In this document: positions 22,701 through 31,949 of the stretch, one piece after another | Position numbering within the stretch: the stretch's first letter is position 1 | How the letters are laid out: each line of letters opens with the position of its first letter | Source of the DNA: Minutocellus sp. GHC0000111 | Lineage: Eukaryota | Direction: 5' to 3' | NCBI GenBank assembly: GCA_977018835.1 | Contig: OZ361260.1 | Location: forward strand, 2,542,001 to 2,606,000 | DNA length: 64,000 nt | Position numbers and translations under genes: made by a program | Notes under the pieces: generated by a model | What the model was told of the DNA's origin: nothing | The model's database searches: none | The model's input: the letters and a program-made list of their open reading frames with translations, nothing else

Positions 22701-24434
22701 CCCACTCTAGACACATTCAAGGTTGGGGACATCGAAGGTCCGGCTCGAAAATTCCGCACACAGGCTGAGCTATCGAGGGGGAAAAATCACGCACAAAAAA
22801 CGATGACGACGCACGAAAATTTGCTCTCATTGGCGGCCGATTCGGGGGCGGATACGAACAAAAACCACAACAATCAACCATACAAACATTTTCATACATA
22901 TCTTGGGCGTGTGTCTCTGCATTTCTGGGTGGATTGGGCGGCTGTGGCTCTCACGGTATCACTTCTCATCCGCGGCCCTTTTTCGCGTACTCGAACACAG
23001 GTTGATTGTTTTGATTTATATTTTCTCATACATAGCATGCCAATCAAGCTGAAACTTTCGCATGCGTAGCGCAATGGTATCGGTCAGCCTCGGGAATGCC
23101 CATATCTTACCTTGCAAATGTGTAGCGGCCAGGAGCAGGGGTCACCATGATGAGCTTCGTTCGGGAGAAAAAATGGACGGAACGTCGGTCTTTCCGTCGT
23201 CCGACAACGCGAGCGAAGTTAGCAAAATCTCCAATGTCCTGAAGTGCCTCACCTAAAATGGGACCAACTCAGGAACAACCATGCATCTTTTTGCAAAGAA
23301 GGCCCCAAGGGATGAGTTCAACTACCAGAAGCTACAAAAGGTGTCCAGTTCAAGCAACCCAGTGGCCCTGGTGAAAACCAAGTGGGAGTCCACATCAGGG
23401 AAGGCAGCTGTCCGCAAGGCACACTTTCCAAACCCACCAGCAAATGCAACAGTTCTTACTTAGCAGAGGCGCCATGGTCTGCCTGGCAGACCGAAACTTT
23501 GAAAACCAGAGTGTGGACTCTTCAACAACAGCGTGGGAGAGGTAGAAGAAATTATTTTCGAAGAAGGAAGGAATCCAAACACAGGAGACCAACCATGCTA
23601 CGTGGCAGTGAAGTTCCCTCAGTGCAGCGGTCCGGTCTGGGACCCCCTGAAGCCAAAGGCAAGAACTAGATTCTTGATGAACACCGAGGGGTGTTCTTTT
23701 GGAAGCCAAGCCGTGAGTCAGGTCATTGGTTGTTTAACTGCACCAGTTTAACTCACACCCAACAACCTCCTGCCTTTCCCCCCCCTCATGTGAAAAGGTC
23801 GTTCCAATTCCAATGACAGCCATGATGTGTGCAAAAACAAGAAGTGCTGCAAAGCCACTTGCTGCCCACTCACACTGTCATGTTTGCAAAAACGTGCCAC
23901 ACATTCCAAGGACAGTCAGCAGGACCAGTGAGCCATGGCCAGCAACCAAATGCGGTGGACCGGGTGATTGTGGACCCAGGAGACAAAGGAATGGAGGGAA
24001 AGAACCCCCAGGCAGGGCTGCTCTACATGGCATGGCAGTCAGTGTCAAGCAAGAGCAACCACCATTGGCGATGCTAGCAACAACAGCAGTGAGCAGAGAG
24101 GGAGACGGCAAGACTCAGCAATCTACTTCACTGGGCACAACATGACTCGAAACAGAGTGCTGAATCTGACACTTAAAAAAGATGGTGGGTCAGAGCACCA
24201 AAGAGTGCAGTTGAGACGAGAAAGTGGGCATCCCGAGTGGAAGAAAACACAGTGGGGATGCAGCTGGCTGAAGGAGAAACACCAGAGACAGTGCTGAGCT
24301 GGTGCAGGAACTTCCGTGCGAGCAAAGACACCCTTGATGAAGCTGCGAGCAACTGGAGCTGGCGCAGGAACCTGAACAGAGACACCTCAATTACTAGCAA
24401 ACCAAAAGACAAAATTCAATTGAACACCAAATGA
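16723..24434 (+). pseudogene. Helitron RepHel transposase: Ubl domain, DUF6570-like region, HUH Rep, Pif1 helicase. Introns 17752-17897, 20009-20092, 20651-20807. Intact to ~20.9 kb; helicase half frameshifted and MITE-interrupted
   Basis: PELECLTIAEKLLI...KGHVCSF (DUF6570-like); Rep motif 1 FMTLSCAE (19548), motif 2 WGRMEFAKGRGQIHIHLL (~19812-19865), motif 3 YVVAYACK (20574); Walker A GCAGSGKS (21825), LDERSM, FGGVPIFLLVG, KRQ, KTCHTFQGQS; all three introns GT-AG and in phase; start codon uncertain. Confidence 0.9.
22519..23270. mobile_element. 752-bp non-autonomous TIR element (MITE), Sola-like (GAG...CTC termini, 4-bp TSD AGGA)
   Basis: TIRs GAGTTGGTCCCcagcTTTAGGTGAG / CTCACCTAAAatGGGACCAACTC; AGGA at 22515-22518 and 23271-23274; removal restores ITSTGG-TTMHLFAKK in frame. 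Confidence 0.9.
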
Positions 24435-24745
24435 ACTCAATGAGAAACGAGTGCTATGAAGTGGTGTGGCAGGCTCTTAAAAGACACAAACTACATGCTT
24501 ACAAGACTTAGTTACTTGTTTAACCCTAATGCTGTGCACCATCCCTCTCAAACAAAGTGGTGTATCATATGGAATATTCATGTCTGTATGTTTTTACTTT
24601 CAATTTTCCTACATCGCCCTGAACTAGCGGCTAAATCGGCCCTTAGCGGAACCCGGAGTTGCTGGGAATTAGAGGCCGCTCATTTTTATTTTTTTTGCTC
24701 GAGACGGCGAAGAAGGCAAGGCAACGGTACCGCGCCAAGAGACCC

Positions 24746-26326
24746 ATGATGCGCTCTTCTACTTGCGCTCTGTTCCTCTCCCTGCTGGTCTCTCCCCGCG
24801 CTAGGTCGTTTGCGCCGCCACATCCCTCCCACCTGTACTCGTCGTGCTCAAATGCTAGCAACATGGCTCGAGTTCGTCGCCGGCGGCTACAATCCTCGTC
24901 ATCTTGCTCTTCAACCAGCTCCTCTTCGTCGGCGGCGTCATGCGAGTCCAATGCCATAGGTGGTCTTCCACCGTACTCGATTGCATCGATTGATCTTGCA
25001 AAGAAGTGGTACGACTTGGTCCATGCGGGTGATGTTGTGGCCACGACCAGTATTCAGTCGGATGATGCTGCTGATGGCAGAGTGCATTCGCTTCGATATG
25101 GCATAAGAACGGTTGACACAAGTGGGAGCAGTGATGACGACGACGATAATGACTCCTCGACAGCATGTATGGAATTTGTTGAAGAGATTGCATCTGGAGA
25201 AGAATCTTTTGATGGCGGTTCTGTATCTATTCATCCCCTGGTACAGCAAATCAATGCCACGTTGAGCCGGATGCAATCTAATGTGATGACTTCTTCGTCT
25301 GTCACGAGGAGATCTACTCAGCAACAATCACCATCACAGTATGCCGTCCAGTACAAGCGTCGAGGCATTTTTTCAGCCCAATTGCAGCTGGTGAGGACGT
25401 TGAGACCGCCTCCATCGGCTGGATTTGCAGCATCTGGTGGGGATCTGTGCACTTGGCATCCTCCACCTTATGATGCTGCCAAAGATAGCTTCGTAGAGGG
25501 TCCATTGCGATTGCAGCTCCGTCCCTTGGTGGCCACAATAGCAGCTGACGAAACAAACAACCAAAACCTATCAACCGATTGGGAGATTTATCACAATATT
25601 AGTCCAGCCGATTGTCGCGGGCATTATCTGTTGATACCAGCGCTCACGAACCAAGAGGCCAATTGGAGGGGGCAGGTACTAATCGAGAGCGATTGCAGAG
25701 ATTTGGTAGCACTGGCATTGACGATTGAGCCTGCTGGATCAGCATTGATTTGCTACAACTCAGTTGGGGCTGGGGCTTCGCAGAATCACATTCATTGTCA
25801 CATGTGGCCCAGTCCGCCGATACCGTTGCTGCCCGAAGAAGGCGAAGACGAGGTCAATGGATGGGATTGCTATGCAGCATCCAAGGCGTCGGCGGCATGC
25901 AGCTTTGACCTTGATGCCCACGTCAATGTAGCGATGCTGGAATATCCCTGCTGCTGCATCAAGCTGTCGTCTGCCAATACTGATCAGCTTGGCGTGGCGT
26001 TGGCAAATATTGTAGATGTCGTCCAATCTAAATTTGATGCACCACATAATGTTGGCTTGCTCAATCGACCAGACGGTGTTGTTGACGCCTATGTTTTTGT
26101 CAGATCCAGAGAACGTTCGCCGAGAATTGTGCCCGGTAGTAGATCTGGGGCGTCCGAGGCAATGGGAGTGTTTCATACATCGCAAGAAGATGATATTCAA
26201 GAGCTGTCCAGTGATCAGACGTATGGTGAATTGAACGAAGGACCAATGGAGACTGTGCTTCGTGATATTTCCATCGAAGACAGGGATGCTGTTTGGGAGG
26301 CAGTAAAGTCGGCGTTGTTGGAGTAA
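24746..26326 (+). CDS. HIT-superfamily nucleotidyltransferase, GDP-D-glucose/GDP-L-galactose phosphorylase (GDPGP1/VTC2)-like, plastid-targeted
   Basis: NISPADCRGHYLLIP and YNSVGAGASQNHIHCH motifs; signal peptide ending ARS-FAP. Confidence 0.75.
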   Translation: MMRSSTCALFLSLLVSPRARSFAPPHPSHLYSSCSNASNMARVRRRRLQSSSSCSSTSSSSSAASCESNAIGGLPPYSIASIDLAKKWYDLVHAGDVVATTSIQSDDAADGRVHSLRYGIRTVDTSGSSDDDDDNDSSTACMEFVEEIASGEESFDGGSVSIHPLVQQINATLSRMQSNVMTSSSVTRRSTQQQSPSQYAVQYKRRGIFSAQLQLVRTLRPPPSAGFAASGGDLCTWHPPPYDAAKDSFVEGPLRLQLRPLVATIAADETNNQNLSTDWEIYHNISPADCRGHYLLIPALTNQEANWRGQVLIESDCRDLVALALTIEPAGSALICYNSVGAGASQNHIHCHMWPSPPIPLLPEEGEDEVNGWDCYAASKASAACSFDLDAHVNVAMLEYPCCCIKLSSANTDQLGVALANIVDVVQSKFDAPHNVGLLNRPDGVVDAYVFVRSRERSPRIVPGSRSGASEAMGVFHTSQEDDIQELSSDQTYGELNEGPMETVLRDISIEDRDAVWEAVKSALLE

Positions 26327-26503
26327 AGGGAAGAGACTGCGTAAATGACAGATGGTTTCTCTTCGTTTTCTTTTTTGGATTCGTTTTGTGATAGGGTCAA
26401 TGAATGAAGTGATGCCAACAAGAAAACAAGAAGAAACGGGAAAAGGCGTTGATCCTATCCATTACCGCTGTGCTGTCCTGCTTCGCATACAAACCTAACA
26501 ACA

Positions 26504-29185
26504 ATGACAGAAGAGGAAAGCAGCTGCTGCGACGATGATAAAGACTCTTCTTCCTCGGATGACGCAGAACCCCCTTTACCACAGCAAGGTTCTCTTGATG
26601 AGAGAACAAATAGTGCAGATGCACCACTAGCACTCGCTTCATGGTCTCGCGTTCACGCGGCCCTCTTGCCGCAAAACCGAGATTCAAGCGTTCCACTACG
26701 ACAAGTCAGAAAAGATTTGGAGACCCTAAAGACGACAGTACAGCAAATACAACAAGATCATAGCCACGATGCAGCAACTTCAAGTCACGTCGACGAATCC
26801 ATATTGTCCCTCAAGGGACAGATGATGACCCTACAACGGGATCTGTCGTCCTGTGCCACTCGAAAGCAGTTGAAGCAGGTAGAGGAATCCATCCAACGGC
26901 TCAAAGCAAATACTGAGCGAATTGTTACTGACAGCCAAGCCGCATTTCGCACAGACATTGATGATTGCGTTGAGGGTAAGCTCGGCGAGATCCAGAGATG
27001 GTTCAAGGAATTGGAAGTGCTCACGAAACAGCGCCAGGCCACGCTTGATGCTCGAATGGCGTCGGTGGCCATGTCTGGCGACTTGGTTGTCCTCCAAAGC
27101 ACAGTCGAACGCGACACTGCCGACATGAACAAGCGTCTCGATGCTATCGGGCATACCGCCGACACAGTTACAGTGGCGCTGATTCACGTTCGCATTAACA
27201 TGTCCCTCGCTGCATTGACGAGGTTGCGCCGAAGCGCTACCCTTCGACTATTGCGCAGAGCCTGGAAATCATGGGGTGTGTGGCTCAAGGAATCCAACGA
27301 AGCCAGAAAGAGATTTCTTGTACAGAGTCGGCTAACACGCAAGGTCCTCACGCAAATCATGCTACGAAGAAAACACATTGGTTTTGCCAGGTGGGTCGAA
27401 TATGTTGAATCGCAAAAGAAGGCAGAGGCGTGCAAGAGGGCAGCAATTGAATTGTTGCAGCAAAAGATTTCGAGCTGCATGGCCCAGCCCATCCAACGAG
27501 CATTTGTCCATTGGCGACGATTTGTCCTTATTGACAAGATAAGTGTGGTAGGTACCAGCATTATGCCGGCTCCGACGGCGTCTAGTACTGTACCGAGAAC
27601 ATCGGTGCCTGACTTCAATGGGTCAGATTTGCAAGACTCTGGAGGCCTGAGCGACGATTATTCTTCACAATCGGATCTATCGCTCGTGCTGGATAGACTG
27701 AAGAACGACGCTCACGGCTCGGCACAGGCACTAGCACAGGAGATTCGCAACCTTCGCGAGCGCGACATTGGCCAGCTTCGTTTGGATTGGAATGGCGAGA
27801 AGGCGGTGCAAGAAGAGAGGATCGCCGCGGCTACAAAATCTTTGCAAGACCAACTCACAACTCGTCAAGATGGATTCGAAGGTCGTATTCAGAGTACTGT
27901 GCAAGAGCTCTCCAAGGGAATCCCCACCATTCAGTCCAAGGTCGATGATTTACAATCATCGCATACTGCTCATTCTGAAAAGACTTCTGCTGCCGAGAAG
28001 CACCACGCCCAGCAGTTGGACATCCTTTCCGAGCGAAACAATTTGCTTGATGAGAGGCTCGGGCAGTTGGAGTCGAGATTGACAAGGACCGATGAGCATG
28101 TTCGATCGCTCGAGGAAGACAAGACAAAGTCCAACGAAGTTATTGACTCGCTCCTGCGCAGACTAAACGCCAGTGAACAACGTTATGATGGTGCCGCCAG
28201 TAAAATGCAAAGCATTGTTCGTCGATTCGCAGAAGAAAATACCGAGCTCCGGCAGCGACTCGAGGTTGCAGAAAACAACAACAGAGAGCTCTCAGAGGAG
28301 TTACAATCTACCCAGGCGACCCTCGACAAGCATCGAGCAAGAACCCAAAATTCACTCGACGGAATTCGCTCAGTTCTTGACGCCCATGGAATTCCCAAGC
28401 CCAAACTCGTCAAGATGATCCAGCTATGCGTGCTCTACGAGAAGAGCGCCAAGGAGAAGAATTACGTCGTTTGCATCGATACGATCTTTGATGGCAACGA
28501 TCCAGCAGATTTGCCAGGCAATATTGCTGCCTTTGCACACGACTATGCATTGTGGATTGCCTATCAGGCTGATCACAAAGTCTTGCAGAGAGCCATCGCT
28601 CGATCTCAGTCCAGCCAACATGACTTGGCATATGCTGATGACGACCTCGGACCCCGGCGATTGGAGCTGCTCGAAGGCCTCAAGTCGGACCTATGCCTGG
28701 CACTGGAGACGGTTCATCCTGACGCCGGTCTCCTCAAGCTAGAGGCGAGAAGTCGATTCATCAACCGTCTCATGGAGGCCACCGATTCGGCGCTCTCCAA
28801 GCATGACCAGATTGTCATTGAAACCAACTCTAGGATCGGCAAAATGCGGTCGTCGAGCAAATCGGTACCGGTATGTGTCGCCTGCGACCGGCCTCTACGA
28901 AGCCGACGCAGGGCCAATGGTGATGGCAGTGGGGCAGGCGACTACGAGGCACGCCAAGGGCGTGACTTGTCGTCAGAACCAGCCTCGGGGAGTACGGTGG
29001 ATGGTGCCGCCGAGCTCACTGCTGGGTCCACCACCACTCGGGCTGCAGTAATGGATATCGGAACGCCGAAGCGATCCAATCAGCGGTCTCATCATCATTC
29101 TGCTCACGGCGAGGGCAAGGCATACACAATGCGTTGTGGCTTTCGAATGCCCCTGGCAGATAATCCTTCGTCTTCCGCCAAATAA
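26504..29185 (+). CDS. 893-aa coiled-coil protein with Sfi1-like W repeats and C-terminal CxxCDRP (DUF4795-like) motif
   Basis: Long heptad regions; RRAWKSW, GFARW, RAFVHW repeats; PVCVACDRPL. Confidence 0.75.
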   Translation: MTEEESSCCDDDKDSSSSDDAEPPLPQQGSLDERTNSADAPLALASWSRVHAALLPQNRDSSVPLRQVRKDLETLKTTVQQIQQDHSHDAATSSHVDESILSLKGQMMTLQRDLSSCATRKQLKQVEESIQRLKANTERIVTDSQAAFRTDIDDCVEGKLGEIQRWFKELEVLTKQRQATLDARMASVAMSGDLVVLQSTVERDTADMNKRLDAIGHTADTVTVALIHVRINMSLAALTRLRRSATLRLLRRAWKSWGVWLKESNEARKRFLVQSRLTRKVLTQIMLRRKHIGFARWVEYVESQKKAEACKRAAIELLQQKISSCMAQPIQRAFVHWRRFVLIDKISVVGTSIMPAPTASSTVPRTSVPDFNGSDLQDSGGLSDDYSSQSDLSLVLDRLKNDAHGSAQALAQEIRNLRERDIGQLRLDWNGEKAVQEERIAAATKSLQDQLTTRQDGFEGRIQSTVQELSKGIPTIQSKVDDLQSSHTAHSEKTSAAEKHHAQQLDILSERNNLLDERLGQLESRLTRTDEHVRSLEEDKTKSNEVIDSLLRRLNASEQRYDGAASKMQSIVRRFAEENTELRQRLEVAENNNRELSEELQSTQATLDKHRARTQNSLDGIRSVLDAHGIPKPKLVKMIQLCVLYEKSAKEKNYVVCIDTIFDGNDPADLPGNIAAFAHDYALWIAYQADHKVLQRAIARSQSSQHDLAYADDDLGPRRLELLEGLKSDLCLALETVHPDAGLLKLEARSRFINRLMEATDSALSKHDQIVIETNSRIGKMRSSSKSVPVCVACDRPLRSRRRANGDGSGAGDYEARQGRDLSSEPASGSTVDGAAELTAGSTTTRAAVMDIGTPKRSNQRSHHHSAHGEGKAYTMRCGFRMPLADNPSSSAK

Positions 29186-29374
29186 ATGGGGGACGCTGAA
29201 GGAGAGCCAGAGAGTACAGAGAGAGAGAACGCCAAGCTAAATACGACGGGGGCGGGGAAGCCCAAGGCTGTACTGAGGCAAATGAGTTTACCGTAACATC
29301 TCAAGCATTATATGGATTATCAAGTACTAAATTAGTTTCATGGGGATAACAGAAGATTTTATGGCAAAGCGGCA

Positions 29375-30773
29375 TCATGCGTAGCTAGTAGCTAGTAGAC
29401 GACGCCGAGCCAGGAAGCCCCTTGCCAATCCATTGATCTTCATGGATGCCGGCCACTCTCGCATCACAGCCAATGCCTCGAGGTAACACGCAATATCTTC
29501 ATCGGTGTGTCGGCCGGACATATTTTCAGACCGCCGAATGGCGAGCTCGTAGGGCGAGTACCAAATATCCGATTCGAGATGAATGTTTGCTCCAGCTTCA
29601 ATAAAAGCCTCCAAGGCCCACCGGGGAGGAGAAGGGAAGGTGTCTTCAGTGTAGTACCTAGGTACATGATAAGCCATTGTAGAGGCGCGAGTTTGGTTTC
29701 GCCAGCTGCACAAAATGTTTCTGCGTTCATGTCAACTGTCGGGTGCGAAGCGATTCTTCGCAAAAAATAGGATGCGAGTTCACGAGACTCATTGTTGTAA
29801 ATTGCCGCTGCCTGGAAAAGAGAGCACGTACGTGCGTTGTCGTAGGTGTAGGCTGTACTATTGAGGTCAACATCTGGATGGGAGAGCAGAACGTCAAAGG
29901 TTTCCTTGTCATTACAAGCTTTGGGTTGCTGCCTCCTAATGGAGTGACCACTTCGAAGCTGTACAAGCCGTTGACGTCAAAATCATCTCTGTGCAGGCGA
30001 TGGAGGTTAACGAGAAATGGAATTCCGAGTTGTGCAGCGACGCCTGGATTGGCAAAGATAGGGACGAGGCTAAAGGTTGAAGTGTTTTCGTCCCTTCGGA
30101 CAACTGGCGGGGCAAAACGATAGTCGCCACCGAACTTCATCCAGAGGCGCCATTTGTCGTTGACAAGCATCCACTCCTGGATCATGCGGCAACGTCTCTT
30201 GTGCGAATCAGCATCAATAGCGCTGAACAAGAACCTAGTTGAGCTTTGACACCTATGATTGCACTCCTCGTGCAAGAGGTATCGTCTCTTGATAATCTCG
30301 GCACCCTTGGGCCCCACGGCAAGGCAAACATTCAGAGCCTCGCTATTGGGCTCTAGATATGTAGCGATATTAGCGATGGCGTCAATCGGGATCTTGCTGG
30401 CTGTGAGGCGCTTGTCCTTCAGGGCCATTGACCGCGTAACTCGCATTTTGGATGGATCAAGAGGAGCAGCCAGACGTGCTCTTCTGCGGGTGGTGTGCTT
30501 CGTTGATGATGATCCCTTGGAAGGCGTAGTGGCAAGCGTCATGGAACGAGTAATGCGGCGTCCAAGCTCGTCAATGGCTGCATCGGTGTCGTTGCTGCGT
30601 TCGCTCTGCTTACTAGTATCCCCACTTCTCTTCTTCGTGGGTTTGCTGCTGTCATTGGTTGGATTACTAGTATGGCGATTGAGAGCACTCGTTGAGACAT
30701 CGGCCAAGGCTCTGGAGCCTTTTGAAGTTATGGATGGGGCAATGCCCGGCTTGCTTCTAGTGGTTCGGGGCAT
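29375..30773 (-). pseudogene. Frameshifted gene: F-box-like start, ankyrin-like repeats, C-terminal IQ-like motif
   Basis: IPIDAIANIATYL; FDVLLSHPDVDLN, IASHPTVDMN and FIEAGANIH...SPYELA lie in successive frames; INGLARGFLARRR; frameshifts at ~29915-29940 and 29654-29665. Confidence 0.55.
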
Positions 30774-30996
30774 GGCTGCAGAAGCGAAGTGTCGTAATAT
30801 GTAGTTACTACGTAGCTAGTGATGGTAATGTTATTGTAGAGATGGGAATTGAATTGAATTATTGTGGCCTTAGACTGCAGTGGGTTGTGCTGCGGTGTCT
30901 GAGCGAGACGTGCGCGATGGATTTATGGAGCCCAAAAAAGTGCATGCAAGTGACTGTCAACCATCATCACAATGGTCACATGTCACTCCTCCCTCA

Positions 30997-31761
30997 TTAT
31001 GACTCCTCATTATTCCTCTGTGCAGTCAAACTCGCTCGATACATCCTCCAGCCAAACAGTGTTGAAGCCTCAAAGAAGATGTCCTTCAGTACATCATCCA
31101 GCGCCTGCGCTATTCTGATATCGGTAGCATCCGAGTAACCAAACTGAACGTACCCACCAAATTCATTCTGCAAGTCAATTTGAGTAGCCAGTATCAACAT
31201 CCCAGTCGCAAAGGCACCTGCCTTGAGAGTCCTTGCAATTGGTTCGCCATAGCCCTTGCCCCCGGAAACGTCGAATGCCTCGCTCTCAAATGCCCTGGCG
31301 GCCAACGCCCCCAACACCCAACAGCAAGCCAAACCAGCTCCATGGATGAGCGTCGGCGCCAGCAACGACCCTCGGGTGGGAAATAATATGTCGGTGCCAG
31401 GTCGAAGCCACATGGGGATGGGTGTTCGAGACAAGCTAATGGCCAAGATCTGAAAGCTTGGTGCTACCACCTGCGCCACCATGGCATCGGCGATAGGTAG
31501 ACCGATGTCGTCTATCCTCGGTGCGACGAATCGAGACAGGACACCATCGTCTTCTTCTTCGTCGTCATCGTTGAATGACATGGATAGCAATGACGATGTT
31601 CTCTGGTGCTGGCGTGCTGGTACCAAGAGCTGTGGTTGGGCCCGATGCGTGAGAGAGGAGCCCAGAGATTTCGCATTATGTGCTGGAATAAAGGCAGATG
31701 CGCAGCCCACGCATAATGACAAGCAACACATGGAACGGAACATTGCAGAGGAGAACACCAT
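30997..31761 (-). CDS. Plastid-targeted multi-pass membrane protein of unknown function
   Basis: Signal peptide with ASA-FIP cleavage motif; several hydrophobic helices. Confidence 0.75.
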   Translation of the reverse strand: MVFSSAMFRSMCCLSLCVGCASAFIPAHNAKSLGSSLTHRAQPQLLVPARQHQRTSSLLSMSFNDDDEEEDDGVLSRFVAPRIDDIGLPIADAMVAQVVAPSFQILAISLSRTPIPMWLRPGTDILFPTRGSLLAPTLIHGAGLACCWVLGALAARAFESEAFDVSGGKGYGEPIARTLKAGAFATGMLILATQIDLQNEFGGYVQFGYSDATDIRIAQALDDVLKDIFFEASTLFGWRMYRASLTAQRNNEES

Positions 31762-31949
31762 CTTGGCGCTTCTTCGACGTTTGAAAATGAGTTGGTTCGG
31801 GTGCCGCCCGCTCGTTCCACGCACAGTTCGGCCGGCGCACACGCGGGCCTGTCCGTCGACCATTTCGTCTGTGGACTCATTCGACTTCAATCACCAAGCG
31901 TATCTTTTTCCAACACATCTTATGCTCAGCCCTCCCTTGCTGCTCTACC

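Larger units (their letters stand above)
6873..24679 (+). mobile_element. Putative large cargo-carrying Helitron-like (HLE2/Helitron2) element; boundaries tentative
   Basis: RepHel gene at 16.7-24.4 kb; no recognisable host genes from 6.4 to 24.7 kb; 12-bp inverted repeat GCGGCCTCTAAT (6873-6884) / ATTAGAGGCCGC (24668-24679) followed by a T-run. Confidence 0.5.

Noticed and set aside
22539..23069. 176-aa ORF inside the MITE as a transposase
   Set aside because: No DDE or DNA-binding motifs and too short
24620..24682. tRNA or other RNA gene
   Set aside because: No T-loop or D-loop consensus; kept only as a candidate element terminus
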